Below are positions 1 through 9,268 of a stretch of DNA of 64,000 nt, piece by piece. Position 1 is the stretch's first letter; each line of letters starts with the position of its first letter. The stretch is from assembly GCA_965277405.1 (NCBI GenBank), contig OZ255726.1, forward strand, positions 1,856,001 to 1,920,000, in the 5' to 3' direction. Both the position numbers and the translations under genes were made by a program. Source of the DNA: Gammaproteobacteria bacterium (GTDB lineage: Bacteria; Pseudomonadota; Gammaproteobacteria; G965277405). A model generated the notes under the pieces. It saw only the letters and a program-made list of their open reading frames with translations, did not search any database and was not told the DNA's origin.

Positions 1-171
1 AACAATACCCGAACGGATATACCTGTCATTTTCTAAGGAAGGATTGGACGCTTTCATAGCAGCAACACTATGATAGTGCAGTTCATGGGGATGATTGTTG
101 GCAACGTTGGTTGTTTTTAGTGAATATCATCTACAATCTAAATAAGTTTTCTCTACAGACAAGTTGCCTTT

Positions 172-1329
172 ATGAAAAGTTCAATTTCAACAACCACTCC
201 TTTGTATATAGGGTTGATGTCAGGCACTAGCCAAGATGCGGTTGATGCTGTTCTGGTGCAAATAGTCAATGGTAAACCAGAACTGTTAGCCGGGCATAAC
301 CACATTCTGCCAGATGCGGTGTTAGAATCTCTGAACACCGTTCAGCATCAGTCATTGAGTTTTGAGTGTTTTTACGCTGCAGACATTGCTATGGGGCATG
401 AGTTTGCAACAGCGGTAGCAACGTTGCTTAAAGAGGCACAGGTTGCACCAACGACGCATAATATTGTTGCCATTGGCAGCCATGGGCAGACCGTCCATCA
501 TGCTCCAAAATTAAATTTTACTTGCCAAATTGGCGACGCTAACATCATCGCTGCGCGGACTGGAATTAACACGGTATGCGATTTTCGCCGTCGTGATCTT
601 GCGCAACAAGGTTCTGGCGCACCGCTGGCACCATTGTTGCACCAGCATTTATGGCAAGATAGTACAATGGCTACAGCGATATGCAATATTGGTGGGTTTG
701 CCAATATCTCCATAATACCGTCAAATTCTAATAATCAACCACTGCTTGGTTTTGATATTGGTCCAGGAAACACTTTGATTGACACATGGATTCTAAGCCA
801 TTTGGGTCTGCGCTTTGATGAGTCAGGTCAATGGGCTCGACAAGGGTCTATCCAGCCTATATTATTAGATAAACTGTTGAACCACCCTTATTTTGCTATG
901 GATATTCCCAAAAGCACTGGCAAAGAGTCGTTTAACTCGACTTGGTTGCGCGGCATGCTGAAAGGCAAAGCATACAAACACGAAGACGTGCAAGCGACAC
1001 TCGTCGAACTCACCGCACAGTCGCTAGCGAATGCAATCCAGCGTTGGTTTCCCCAATGCCAGCGCCTGGTAATTTGCGGAGGAGGCAGCTTTAACCTATA
1101 TATGCTCGAACGTATTCGAGCCGTATTGCCAAGCGTCGACGTTTATAACAGTGATCAGGATAATATCTCTGCAAATTATCTCGAGGGCATGTTATTTGCA
1201 TGGCTGGCGTATTGCTATGTTGAAAAAATACCCAGTAACTTAAGGAATATTACTGGCGGCACAACGCATGATGTGCTTGGATGTATGTATATAGGCAATG
1301 CTGGAAAACACCATGACAAGTCCGTTTGA
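172..1329 (+). CDS. anmK: anhydro-N-acetylmuramic acid kinase
   Basis: YIGLMSGTS.D.VD N-terminus, IGSHGQTV.H, DFRRRD.A..G.GAPL, NIGG.ANI, FD.GPGN motifs. Confidence 0.95.
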   Translation: MKSSISTTTPLYIGLMSGTSQDAVDAVLVQIVNGKPELLAGHNHILPDAVLESLNTVQHQSLSFECFYAADIAMGHEFATAVATLLKEAQVAPTTHNIVAIGSHGQTVHHAPKLNFTCQIGDANIIAARTGINTVCDFRRRDLAQQGSGAPLAPLLHQHLWQDSTMATAICNIGGFANISIIPSNSNNQPLLGFDIGPGNTLIDTWILSHLGLRFDESGQWARQGSIQPILLDKLLNHPYFAMDIPKSTGKESFNSTWLRGMLKGKAYKHEDVQATLVELTAQSLANAIQRWFPQCQRLVICGGGSFNLYMLERIRAVLPSVDVYNSDQDNISANYLEGMLFAWLAYCYVEKIPSNLRNITGGTTHDVLGCMYIGNAGKHHDKSV

Positions 1330-1801
1330 GCTGCTCCAGCAGCCGATTGCATTTGATGTAGATCAAACCGCACTCGACACGGCATACCAACGTGGTATTC
1401 TTGCTGCACATCCAGATAATTTTTTGCACGACCCACAGCAACAACGCTTCGCCATGCAGACTACGGTAGCATTGAATGACGCGTATAAAATATTAAACAC
1501 CCCTGTTGCACGCGGCAAAGTTGTCCTTGAACATCACTTTGGTGCTTTACCGCAACACCACACCACCCACGACATGGATATTTTGACGAACCAACTCGAA
1601 CTGCGTGAATTTGCCGAAACCAATGACGCGGCAGTCGTGCATCAACGTATCGACGCTGATATAGCCACGGTCACCGAGCGTATTCGTAGTTGTTTTGCAG
1701 CAACACCAATCGAGTGTGCTGCGACCCTAAGCGCACTCGAACATTTGCAGTTTTTAACGCGTTTCCAGCAGCAACTGAATCGATCTACAGAGTTGATATG
1801 A
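1298..1801 (+). CDS. hscB: Fe-S cluster co-chaperone HscB (J-domain)
   Basis: HPD J-domain motif, LNDAY..L..P..R, directly upstream of hscA. Confidence 0.88.
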   Translation: MLENTMTSPFELLQQPIAFDVDQTALDTAYQRGILAAHPDNFLHDPQQQRFAMQTTVALNDAYKILNTPVARGKVVLEHHFGALPQHHTTHDMDILTNQLELREFAETNDAAVVHQRIDADIATVTERIRSCFAATPIECAATLSALEHLQFLTRFQQQLNRSTELI

Positions 1802-3624
1802 CCCTGTTACAAATTACTGAACCGCCAACACCTGCCACCCAAAAAACAGTTATCGGCATCGATTTCGGTACGACGAATACTGTTGTTGCCGTGGCAAATA
1901 ACCACAATGTCCAAGTGATTGCCGATGCCAAAGGCAGAACATTGATACCATCATTAGTCCATATGGATAACCAAGGCTACCATGTCGGTCATGCTCTGCA
2001 ACAGCACCCAGATGCTGTCTGGTCGGTAAAACGCTATTTAGGACGCAGTTTGAGCGAAATTGCCCACCCGCATCCGCAGGCCCGCGAGCTAGATGGACAT
2101 ATTTATTTTACTGATACCAGCGCCCTCGAGCTTGCCGCACAAATTTTACACAGCGCACGCCAGCAAGCAGAGGAGTATTTAGGAATTCCAGTTGATGCAG
2201 CTGTGGTGACTGTCCCGGCATATTTTGACGATAGCCAACGTCTAGCCGTCAAAGATGCTTGCCGGTTGGCAAAGCTTGAAGTACTACGCTTAATCAACGA
2301 ACCGACCGCAGCAGCGTTAGCGTATACCCGCGACATCCAGCCGCAAGGCAAGGTGTTGGTGTATGATTTTGGCGGCGGTACATTTGATGTCACAATCCTC
2401 AAACGCAGCCAAGGATTATTCCAAGTGTTGGCAACCAATGGCGACACGGCGCTCGGTGGAGATGATATTGATACCAACATCGTTAGGTTGTTGGCAAAGC
2501 AGCATGGTTTGCCCATGGATGATGCAGCGCAATTTAACCAGCTTCGTCTGTGTGCGCGAGTGTTGAAGCAACAGCTATCGACAGCAGCGCAGGCTAGCTG
2601 TGTTTGGAATACGACTACCTTGCGATTATCAACCGAGCAACTGCAGGGCTGCAGTTCTGCGTGTATTACGCGGACGTTGACGCTGGTGCAAGCTGCACTC
2701 AAAGATGCCAAGGTGACCATCGACCAGCTCGATGAAGTTATTTTAGTCGGTGGATCAACGCGGATGCCCAGCGTCGCCCAAGCGGTGACAGATTTTTTTC
2801 ATACACCACCACTTTGCACGCACAATCCAGACCATGTTGTAGCCATCGGCGCGGCGTTACAAGCACAAATGCTGCAAGGCGGTGGCGGTGCGGTGTTGCT
2901 CGACGTCTTGCCGCTGTCGCTTGGAGTAGAAACCATGGGCGGGTTGATGGAAAAAATCATCCAACGTAACACGCCAATTCCTATTCAACGCGCGCAACAA
3001 TTCACCACCTACAAAGACGGACAAACAGCAATGCGTTTGAGCGTGTACCAAGGCGAACGTGAGTTGGTTACAGATTGTCGCAAACTAGGAGTATTTTCAC
3101 TGGGTAATATCCCGCCATTGCCAGCAGGACAAGCTAAGATTGAGGTAGAATTTCGTGTTGATGCCGATGGACTGCTGGTTGTCAGCGCCACCGAGTTGAG
3201 TACAAACACCAGTACCACGCTTGCAGTTCAACCAACGTATGGACTGCGTGAGGAGCAAATTACTAAGATGCTGGCAGCCGCAATCGACCACGCGCAACAC
3301 GATGTCGAACAGCGTCAACTCCGCGAAGCCATTGTCGATGCCGAGTCGATTATTCAGGGCTGCGAAAAAGCAGTAGCAAGCGATGGTGATCTGCTGACCG
3401 ACGATGAGCTAGCCGTCATTCAACCAGCGTTATCTGCTGCGAAAGCGACCATCGATAGCAACGACCGTGCTGCGATTGAGCAAGCCACACAGCATTTAAT
3501 TACCATCACCGACCCATTTGCAGCGGCGCGGATGAATCGGGGCGTGCAGCGCGCGCTGACAGGTCAAACGGTTGACGCAATCGCCGCGCACCACACCACC
3601 CACAGCAAAGAATCCGGTGAATAA
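1798..3624 (+). CDS. hscA: Fe-S cluster chaperone HscA (Hsp70)
   Basis: MTLLQITEP start (ATG 1798, overlapping hscB stop), GIDFGTTN, VTVPAYF, LINEPTAAA, DFGGGTFD, LLDVLPLSLGVETMGGL. Confidence 0.93.
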   Translation: MTLLQITEPPTPATQKTVIGIDFGTTNTVVAVANNHNVQVIADAKGRTLIPSLVHMDNQGYHVGHALQQHPDAVWSVKRYLGRSLSEIAHPHPQARELDGHIYFTDTSALELAAQILHSARQQAEEYLGIPVDAAVVTVPAYFDDSQRLAVKDACRLAKLEVLRLINEPTAAALAYTRDIQPQGKVLVYDFGGGTFDVTILKRSQGLFQVLATNGDTALGGDDIDTNIVRLLAKQHGLPMDDAAQFNQLRLCARVLKQQLSTAAQASCVWNTTTLRLSTEQLQGCSSACITRTLTLVQAALKDAKVTIDQLDEVILVGGSTRMPSVAQAVTDFFHTPPLCTHNPDHVVAIGAALQAQMLQGGGGAVLLDVLPLSLGVETMGGLMEKIIQRNTPIPIQRAQQFTTYKDGQTAMRLSVYQGERELVTDCRKLGVFSLGNIPPLPAGQAKIEVEFRVDADGLLVVSATELSTNTSTTLAVQPTYGLREEQITKMLAAAIDHAQHDVEQRQLREAIVDAESIIQGCEKAVASDGDLLTDDELAVIQPALSAAKATIDSNDRAAIEQATQHLITITDPFAAARMNRGVQRALTGQTVDAIAAHHTTHSKESGE

Positions 3625-3632
3625 GGAACATT

Positions 3633-4217
3633 ATGTATAAAGTTATCCTCGCCTCAGCTTCCCAACACCGCGCTAAACTGATGCGCCGTCTTGGGATTGA
3701 CTTTAGCGTGTATTGTCCCAACATCGACGAATCTGCACTGGAAAATGAACGTGCAGTTGACCTGGTGGAGCGCTTGGCAAAAGCCAAGGCAGCAGCATAT
3801 TTTGTTGCGCACAATATCGACGCAAACACCATCATTATTGCCAGCGACCAAGTTGGCGAACTCGACCATCATATTTTGGGCAAACCCAATGAGCGCGACC
3901 ATGCCATCGCCCAACTCAGCCAAATGCGCGGCAGAGACGTTATGTTTTATACCGCAATGGCAGTCGGCACTCCCGAACACTTACGCGTTTCTATTGATAC
4001 CACGAAAGTGATATTTCGTGATGATCTGACAGATGAAGAAATTGCACGCTACGTGGACAAAGAACAACCATTTTGCTGCTGCGGCAGTTTTCAAGCTGAA
4101 GGACTCGGCATCGCCCTAACAAGCAGCATACAAGCCAACGACCCGTCCAGCCTAGTTGGCCTACCATTGATACAGCTGTGTGCTGACTTACGCGAATTTG
4201 GGATAGTGATACCGTAA
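3633..4217 (+). CDS. Maf-family nucleotide pyrophosphatase (YceF-like)
   Basis: ILASAS..R, IDE, IASDQV, ILGKP, GSFQAEGLG, SLVGLPLI. Confidence 0.9.
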   Translation: MYKVILASASQHRAKLMRRLGIDFSVYCPNIDESALENERAVDLVERLAKAKAAAYFVAHNIDANTIIIASDQVGELDHHILGKPNERDHAIAQLSQMRGRDVMFYTAMAVGTPEHLRVSIDTTKVIFRDDLTDEEIARYVDKEQPFCCCGSFQAEGLGIALTSSIQANDPSSLVGLPLIQLCADLREFGIVIP

Positions 4218-4381
4218 ATATCGCAGATATAATGAAACTTTGATGAAGCGAGTTAATCAGAGATTAACTGATAGCAATATTCTTTTAATTATACGTTGGG
4301 AATATGCTGAAACGCCAACTAAATTCTGAAGTAAGCGTCAATAGGATTTATAAGGATTTATAAAAATGAGGATTTATTAAA

Positions 4382-4798
4382 ATGAGTAAATATGAATTAC
4401 AATCGCAAGTCAAGTATACTTCAACAGCTATACTATGGTGGTTTTTTTTAGGCGCACATTATGCGTATATGGGTAAATGGGGATTGCAGTTTCTGTATTG
4501 GATACATCAAGTGGCTTTTGTTATCTCTTTATGGATCGTTTTATTTATAGCTGGTGCTTCTTTTATCGGGTATTCTTCAGACTCACAGCTGTATTTGATA
4601 CCTCTAGCTCTTATGGCCTGGCCATTTATCGATTTATTTACAATGTCAAGTAAAATTCACAAGCATAATGCGCCTATATTCTTGCAACTTGAAGAATTAG
4701 AAAAGAAAGAAAAAACAGAGGAACATGCTCGCAATATAGCAATGATAGCTGCTGCTACAGGAAACACAGAAACGTCATCAGCAGGAAGCTCTGATTAA
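4382..4798 (+). CDS. TM2-domain-like membrane protein (AT-rich, probably acquired)
   Basis: TAILWWFFLGAHYAYMGKWGLQFLYW and W.FIDLF motifs; last codons come from a MITE terminal repeat. Confidence 0.7.
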   Translation: MSKYELQSQVKYTSTAILWWFFLGAHYAYMGKWGLQFLYWIHQVAFVISLWIVLFIAGASFIGYSSDSQLYLIPLALMAWPFIDLFTMSSKIHKHNAPIFLQLEELEKKEKTEEHARNIAMIAAATGNTETSSAGSSD

Positions 4799-4817
4799 TT
4801 CCATGGTGGACTAGCCG
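4784..4817. mobile_element. MITE right-end fragment overlapping TM2 gene stop
   Basis: GGAAGCTCTGATTAATTCCATGGTGG resembles the reverse complement of the full MITE right end (GGAAGCTCTGATTAAGTCCATGATGG). Confidence 0.7.
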
Positions 4818-5095
4818 CGTCTTGTTTAGATCAAGTTAAATAGGTAACGCAGGAATTCGCTCACAATTGCTTGTTCTATCATTCAGGTAGGCGGTTGTCG
4901 ACAAGCAGCCGCCAGAGTTTATGTTGATATGTATTTGCTGGTGATGCCAATGGCTGTAAACCTGTATGATATTTTGGGTATTATCTCCAGCAGTCGGCGC
5001 AGCGTTTGTTGCTGTGTGTTTAAAAACTGATGGGTTATCTGGAGGAGTTATACCCATTCCCTCGCTGCTGCGATAAGTATGGCAATTTGCCAACT

Positions 5096-6598
5096 TTACA
5101 TAGTCGGCAATACGAACGGGTTGCCGTCAATCACGCCTGTCGGCCAGCGGGCAGTGATTTTTTTGGTGTGGGTATAAAAACGAATACCATCTGGTCCATG
5201 AATGTCTGCGCTGGAAAAAATAGAACGCTTCCAGCCACCGAAGCTGTGGAATGCCATTGGGACAGGAATTGGTACATTTATTCCTACCATGCCGATGTTG
5301 CAGAATTCAGCGAACGTACGCGCGGTGTTGCCATCGCGGGTGAAAATAGCGGTACCGTTGCCAAACTCATGGTTGTTGACCAATTCTAGTGCTGCGTTGA
5401 GCGAGCCGATGCGCACAATGCACAAGGTCGGTCCGAAAATTTCTTCTTTGTAGATGCGCATGTCGGCGGTGACGTTATCAAACAATGTTCCGCCAATAAA
5501 AAAGCCATTATTGTGGATGCCGTCGTTTATTTTGAGCTTGCGTCCATCGACGACAACTGTTGCGCCTTCTTGTTTGCCAATCTCAACGTAGTTGGCGATT
5601 TTTTCGCGGTGTTCTTTGGTGATCACAGGGCCGTAATCTGGGTTGGTGTCTGCGGTGTATCCAGGACCTACCGATAAGTTTGTTACCGTTTTTTCCATGC
5701 GTTTGACCAGCTCATCTGCTATGTCGTGGTGGGCGAGCACGACAGAAATTGCCATGCAACGTTCACCAGCAGAGCCGTATGCTGCGCCAACCAACGCGCT
5801 TTCAACCATGTCAAGGTCAGCATCTGCCATCACCACCATATGATTTTTTGCGCCGCCGAGGGCTTGCACACGTTTGCCTGTTTTGCTCCCTGTTTCATAC
5901 ACATATTGAGCAATTGGCGTCGAGCCAACAAAACTGACTGCTTGGACTGTTGGGCTTGCTAAAATAGCATCAACAGCTTCTTTGTCGCCATTCACAACAT
6001 TGAACACGCCATCTGGCAATCCTGCTTCACTCAGCAACTCTGCTAAAAATAACGGGGTAGAAGGGTCGCGCTCAGATGGTTTTAAAATAAATGAATTTCC
6101 AGCAGCAATCGCCACAGGAAACATCCACATTGGCACCATCGCGGGAAAGTTGAACGGGGTGATTCCAGCAACAACACCAAGCGATTGCACCATGTCGTAG
6201 CAATCAATATTGCTGCCAACATTCAGCGAGTACCCACCTTTGAGCAAATGCGGAATCCCACATACAAACTCAACAACTTCTTTGCCACGGGTAAGTTCAC
6301 CTTGTGCATCGCTCCATACTTTGCCGTGTTCGCGGCTAATCATCGCCACAATTTCATCGTTGTGTTGTTCGAGCAATTGGTTGAACTTAAAAAACACCCG
6401 TGCACGTTTTACCGTAGAGGTCGTCGACCACGGCTGCCACGCTGCACGTGCAGATTGTATGGCATGCTGAACTTCAGCAGCGCTGCTCAACCCCACTTGA
6501 CCAACTTGTTCGCCAAGCGCGGGGTTGAAAATAGGGGCAGTACGCGCACTGGTCGCAGCAACTTTGCGACCATTAACATAATTATAAACTGTATACAT
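5096..6598 (-). CDS. mmsA: CoA-acylating methylmalonate-semialdehyde dehydrogenase
   Basis: GITPFNFPAMVPMWMFP, KPSERDP, SFVGSTPIA, GGAKNH, GSAGERCMA, GINVPIPVP; likely start MYTVYNY at 6598. Confidence 0.93.
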   Translation of the reverse strand: MYTVYNYVNGRKVAATSARTAPIFNPALGEQVGQVGLSSAAEVQHAIQSARAAWQPWSTTSTVKRARVFFKFNQLLEQHNDEIVAMISREHGKVWSDAQGELTRGKEVVEFVCGIPHLLKGGYSLNVGSNIDCYDMVQSLGVVAGITPFNFPAMVPMWMFPVAIAAGNSFILKPSERDPSTPLFLAELLSEAGLPDGVFNVVNGDKEAVDAILASPTVQAVSFVGSTPIAQYVYETGSKTGKRVQALGGAKNHMVVMADADLDMVESALVGAAYGSAGERCMAISVVLAHHDIADELVKRMEKTVTNLSVGPGYTADTNPDYGPVITKEHREKIANYVEIGKQEGATVVVDGRKLKINDGIHNNGFFIGGTLFDNVTADMRIYKEEIFGPTLCIVRIGSLNAALELVNNHEFGNGTAIFTRDGNTARTFAEFCNIGMVGINVPIPVPMAFHSFGGWKRSIFSSADIHGPDGIRFYTHTKKITARWPTGVIDGNPFVLPTM

Positions 6599-6747
6599 AC
6601 AATACTCACTGGTAAAATTCATTTTGGCTGCGCACACGCGTAGCGGTTTTAGTATCGTTAAAAATACTCTTTAATCAATATGTTGCAATCGTTAAGCGCA
6701 GAGTAAAAGGTGTAACAGCCGTTGTTTTTTTGCAGACGCTGGGTATT

Positions 6748-6768
6748 ATGATTTCGTAACGTTTTCAA
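6748..6768 (+). promoter_or_regulatory. candidate UmuDAb-type operator (TGA-N4-GTAAC-N4-TCA)
   Basis: ATGATTTCGTAACGTTTTCAA ends 20 bp upstream of umuD; resembles the Acinetobacter UmuDAb palindrome as I recall it. Confidence 0.55.
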
Positions 6769-6788
6769 TAATCATCCTGTATCAAGAT

Positions 6789-7295
6789 ATGCGCGGAGGA
6801 AAAAGACCAGGAGCAGGGCGCAAGCTAAAATTTGCGGTGCCGACACAAGTCATGCGTGTTCCTGTAGATAAAATCAGTGATTTACACCGCTTTATTGAAC
6901 AAGGCAGTAGCTGTGCTTTGCCATTGTTTACCGCAAAAGTTTCTGCAGGGTTTCCTTCGCCTGCTGATGATTATATTGATAGCAAACTCGATTTGAATGA
7001 GTATTTAATCCATAACCCAAGCGCTACTTTTTTTGCCCGCGCAAGTGGCGATTCTATGATCGGCGCTGGGATTCATGACGGAGATTTACTCATTGTCGAT
7101 AAGAGTATTCAGCCAATCCATGGGAAGATTGTAATCGCCGTGGTATATGGCGAACTCACAGTGAAAAGGCTGCATATAGATGCTAAAAAAACATTACTGC
7201 TGGCTGAAAACCCTGAATATCCGTCAATTGAGCTTACAGAAGAGCAAGAAGTGCGGATATGGGGGGTGGTGACGAATGTTATTCACCCGTTGTGA
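6789..7295 (+). CDS. umuD: UmuD-family S24 autopeptidase with UmuDAb-like N-terminal extension
   Basis: VSAGFPSPA cleavage site, LDLNEYL, GDSM catalytic Ser, TVKRL catalytic Lys, WGVV; N-terminal GGKRPGAGRK..PT.VMRVP. Confidence 0.92.
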   Translation: MRGGKRPGAGRKLKFAVPTQVMRVPVDKISDLHRFIEQGSSCALPLFTAKVSAGFPSPADDYIDSKLDLNEYLIHNPSATFFARASGDSMIGAGIHDGDLLIVDKSIQPIHGKIVIAVVYGELTVKRLHIDAKKTLLLAENPEYPSIELTEEQEVRIWGVVTNVIHPL

Positions 7296-8557
7296 GCGCG
7301 GTGTATTTCGCACTGGTTGATTGTAATAATTTTTACTGCTCGTGCGAGCGGGTATTTAACCCGAAATTGCAAAATACCCCAGTAGTGGTGCTTTCGAATA
7401 ACGACGGCTGCATCGTAGCGCGTTCGCAAGAGGTGAAAGCGGCGAATGTAGCGATGGGCGCGCCATACTTTCAATTCAAACGGCAACTGGCGGCAATGGG
7501 GGCAACAGTTTTTTCGTCGAACTACCAATTATACGGTGATATGTCACAACGGGTGATGAATACCTTGAGGTGTTTTTTTGAGCATGTTGATGTGTATTCA
7601 ATCGACGAGGCGTTTGTGCGCTTGGAGGGCATGAATTGCGACCTTGAACAATATTGCAGCGACGTTAGCAATGCAGTCCACCAATGGACAGGAATCCCTG
7701 TTTCCATTGGCATATCAACCACTAAGACATTGGCGAAAATAGCGAATAATGTCGCCAAAAAACATACAACAAGCGGGGTGTTTGATATGAGAACAGAGTC
7801 GGACATCAAGCGCACGTTACGCGACTATAGCGTAGCAGACGTTTGGGGTGTCGGCAAAGCGTGGAACAAACAACTGCAGCAACATAATATTCATACCGCT
7901 TTGCAGTTGCGTGCAACACCTATGACAACTATGCGCGGCTGGTTTGGCGTGCTCGGGCAGCGCATGTCGTATGAGCTCCAAGGTGTTGCGTGTGTTGAAG
8001 ACCAAGCACCTGCACCGAAGAAAAGTATTATTACCTCGCGTTCGTTTGGCATAGATTTGACGGATAAAACCCTCGTCCACCAAGCATTGGCAAGCTACAC
8101 CGCCCGCGCATTTGCAAAACTGCGCCAGCAAGCCAGCGTCGCGCAATTTGTGAATATTTTTTTGGAATACCGCAATCCACGTAATAGGCAAAGGCGGCTT
8201 TGCGATAGTAGCAGCTGCGAATTTGCCATGGCTACTGCTGACTCCCGCCAAGCACTAGCAATGGTGCGCGATTGTATAGATGCCATATATACAACAGGAA
8301 AAGTATACAAAAAAGGCGGGGTAATTTTGAGTGGAATATCTCCTGCTGCACAAGTGCAACGCGACTTGTTTTCGCCAAGCGACTCGAGTAAATCTAAAGC
8401 TGTAATGGCAGCGCTCGATACAATTAACCGCAAGATGGGTGCTACGACAATACAACTAGCGGTGCAAGGGCATAGTCGACCATGGGCAATGCAGTGTAAC
8501 CACCGCTCGCCACGGTATACAACCCAATGGAGCGAACTTATGACGGTGAAGAGTTGA
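7292..8557 (+). CDS. umuC: DNA polymerase V catalytic subunit (Y family)
   Basis: ALVDCNNFYCSCERVF, VLSNNDGC, YSIDEAF, C-terminal W.M....SPRYTT.W; GTG start overlapping umuD stop. Confidence 0.95.
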   Translation: MSAVYFALVDCNNFYCSCERVFNPKLQNTPVVVLSNNDGCIVARSQEVKAANVAMGAPYFQFKRQLAAMGATVFSSNYQLYGDMSQRVMNTLRCFFEHVDVYSIDEAFVRLEGMNCDLEQYCSDVSNAVHQWTGIPVSIGISTTKTLAKIANNVAKKHTTSGVFDMRTESDIKRTLRDYSVADVWGVGKAWNKQLQQHNIHTALQLRATPMTTMRGWFGVLGQRMSYELQGVACVEDQAPAPKKSIITSRSFGIDLTDKTLVHQALASYTARAFAKLRQQASVAQFVNIFLEYRNPRNRQRRLCDSSSCEFAMATADSRQALAMVRDCIDAIYTTGKVYKKGGVILSGISPAAQVQRDLFSPSDSSKSKAVMAALDTINRKMGATTIQLAVQGHSRPWAMQCNHRSPRYTTQWSELMTVKS

Positions 8558-8653
8558 GCCGTGCTATTTGTATGTTCAAACCATCACCGACGCGCCAATC
8601 CAAATGTGGCGGCTGATATTGTTACGCTACGTGCTGCTAAATTACTCGACGTG

Positions 8654-9268
8654 TTACGGGCGTATCAAGCCAATGCGTATCGCTATTCTGGTGAGTTCGA
8701 CTGCATTGCGGATTTTGAGTTTGAGGAATAAGTTACTGCGGTGCTTTTCTACTGTTTTTACACTGATAAATAATGCGGCGGCGATTTCTGCCATTGAGTT
8801 ACCTTTGGCTGTGTGGAGCATTATTTGTTCTTCGCGTGGTGAGAGCATCGGCATGTCGTTTTCTGCTGGGTCGAGCTTGTCTCTCATATAACTGCCGCCT
8901 TTGGCAACGATGGCAATGGCATCGAGCAATTCCTCAAATACATCGTCTTTCAGCATATAACTTTTTACACAAGGGAATACGTGGCTTTTTCCTTGTAGAT
9001 ATGGCTCAGAGTTCATCGTCAGCAAAATAACCCTGAGCGATGCTTTCGTTGCTTCATCGAGTTGCTCTAACAGCTCAAACCCAGTACCTGTGCGCAGAAT
9101 CACATCGAGCAATACGATTTGTGGTCGTGTTGCCTGAATAACTGATTTGGCTTCGGCAATGTCTGCGGCTTCACCAACCACAGTGAGTGATGCTGATGTC
9201 TCGAGGAGGTTGCGAATACCTTGACGAAACAGGGTATGGTCATCAACAATTACCAGTGAGCATGTCAT
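8654..9268 (-). CDS. NarL/LuxR-family response regulator
   Basis: IVDDHTLFRQG, LLD phospho-acceptor, LSPRE..I, IAAALFISVKTVEKHRSN HTH. Confidence 0.92.
   Translation of the reverse strand: MTCSLVIVDDHTLFRQGIRNLLETSASLTVVGEAADIAEAKSVIQATRPQIVLLDVILRTGTGFELLEQLDEATKASLRVILLTMNSEPYLQGKSHVFPCVKSYMLKDDVFEELLDAIAIVAKGGSYMRDKLDPAENDMPMLSPREEQIMLHTAKGNSMAEIAAALFISVKTVEKHRSNLFLKLKIRNAVELTRIAIRIGLIRP

Noticed and set aside
1-57. Possible start of a minus-strand gene (MKASNPSLENDRYIRSGIV...) at the window edge
   Set aside because: Too short to identify
1690-1797. Long N-terminal extensions given by the ORF track for hscA (likewise DUF2063, lpxB, serS, rnt, glmM)
   Set aside because: Downstream ATGs match the family N-termini and in most cases give stop/start coupling
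4836-5093. 85-aa minus-strand ORF after mmsA
   Set aside because: No recognisable motif; the region contains short MITE-like words and is probably decayed non-coding DNA
6589-6604. CTGTATACATACAATA as a LexA box for umuDC
   Set aside because: Lacks the ACAG half-site and overlaps the mmsA start codon
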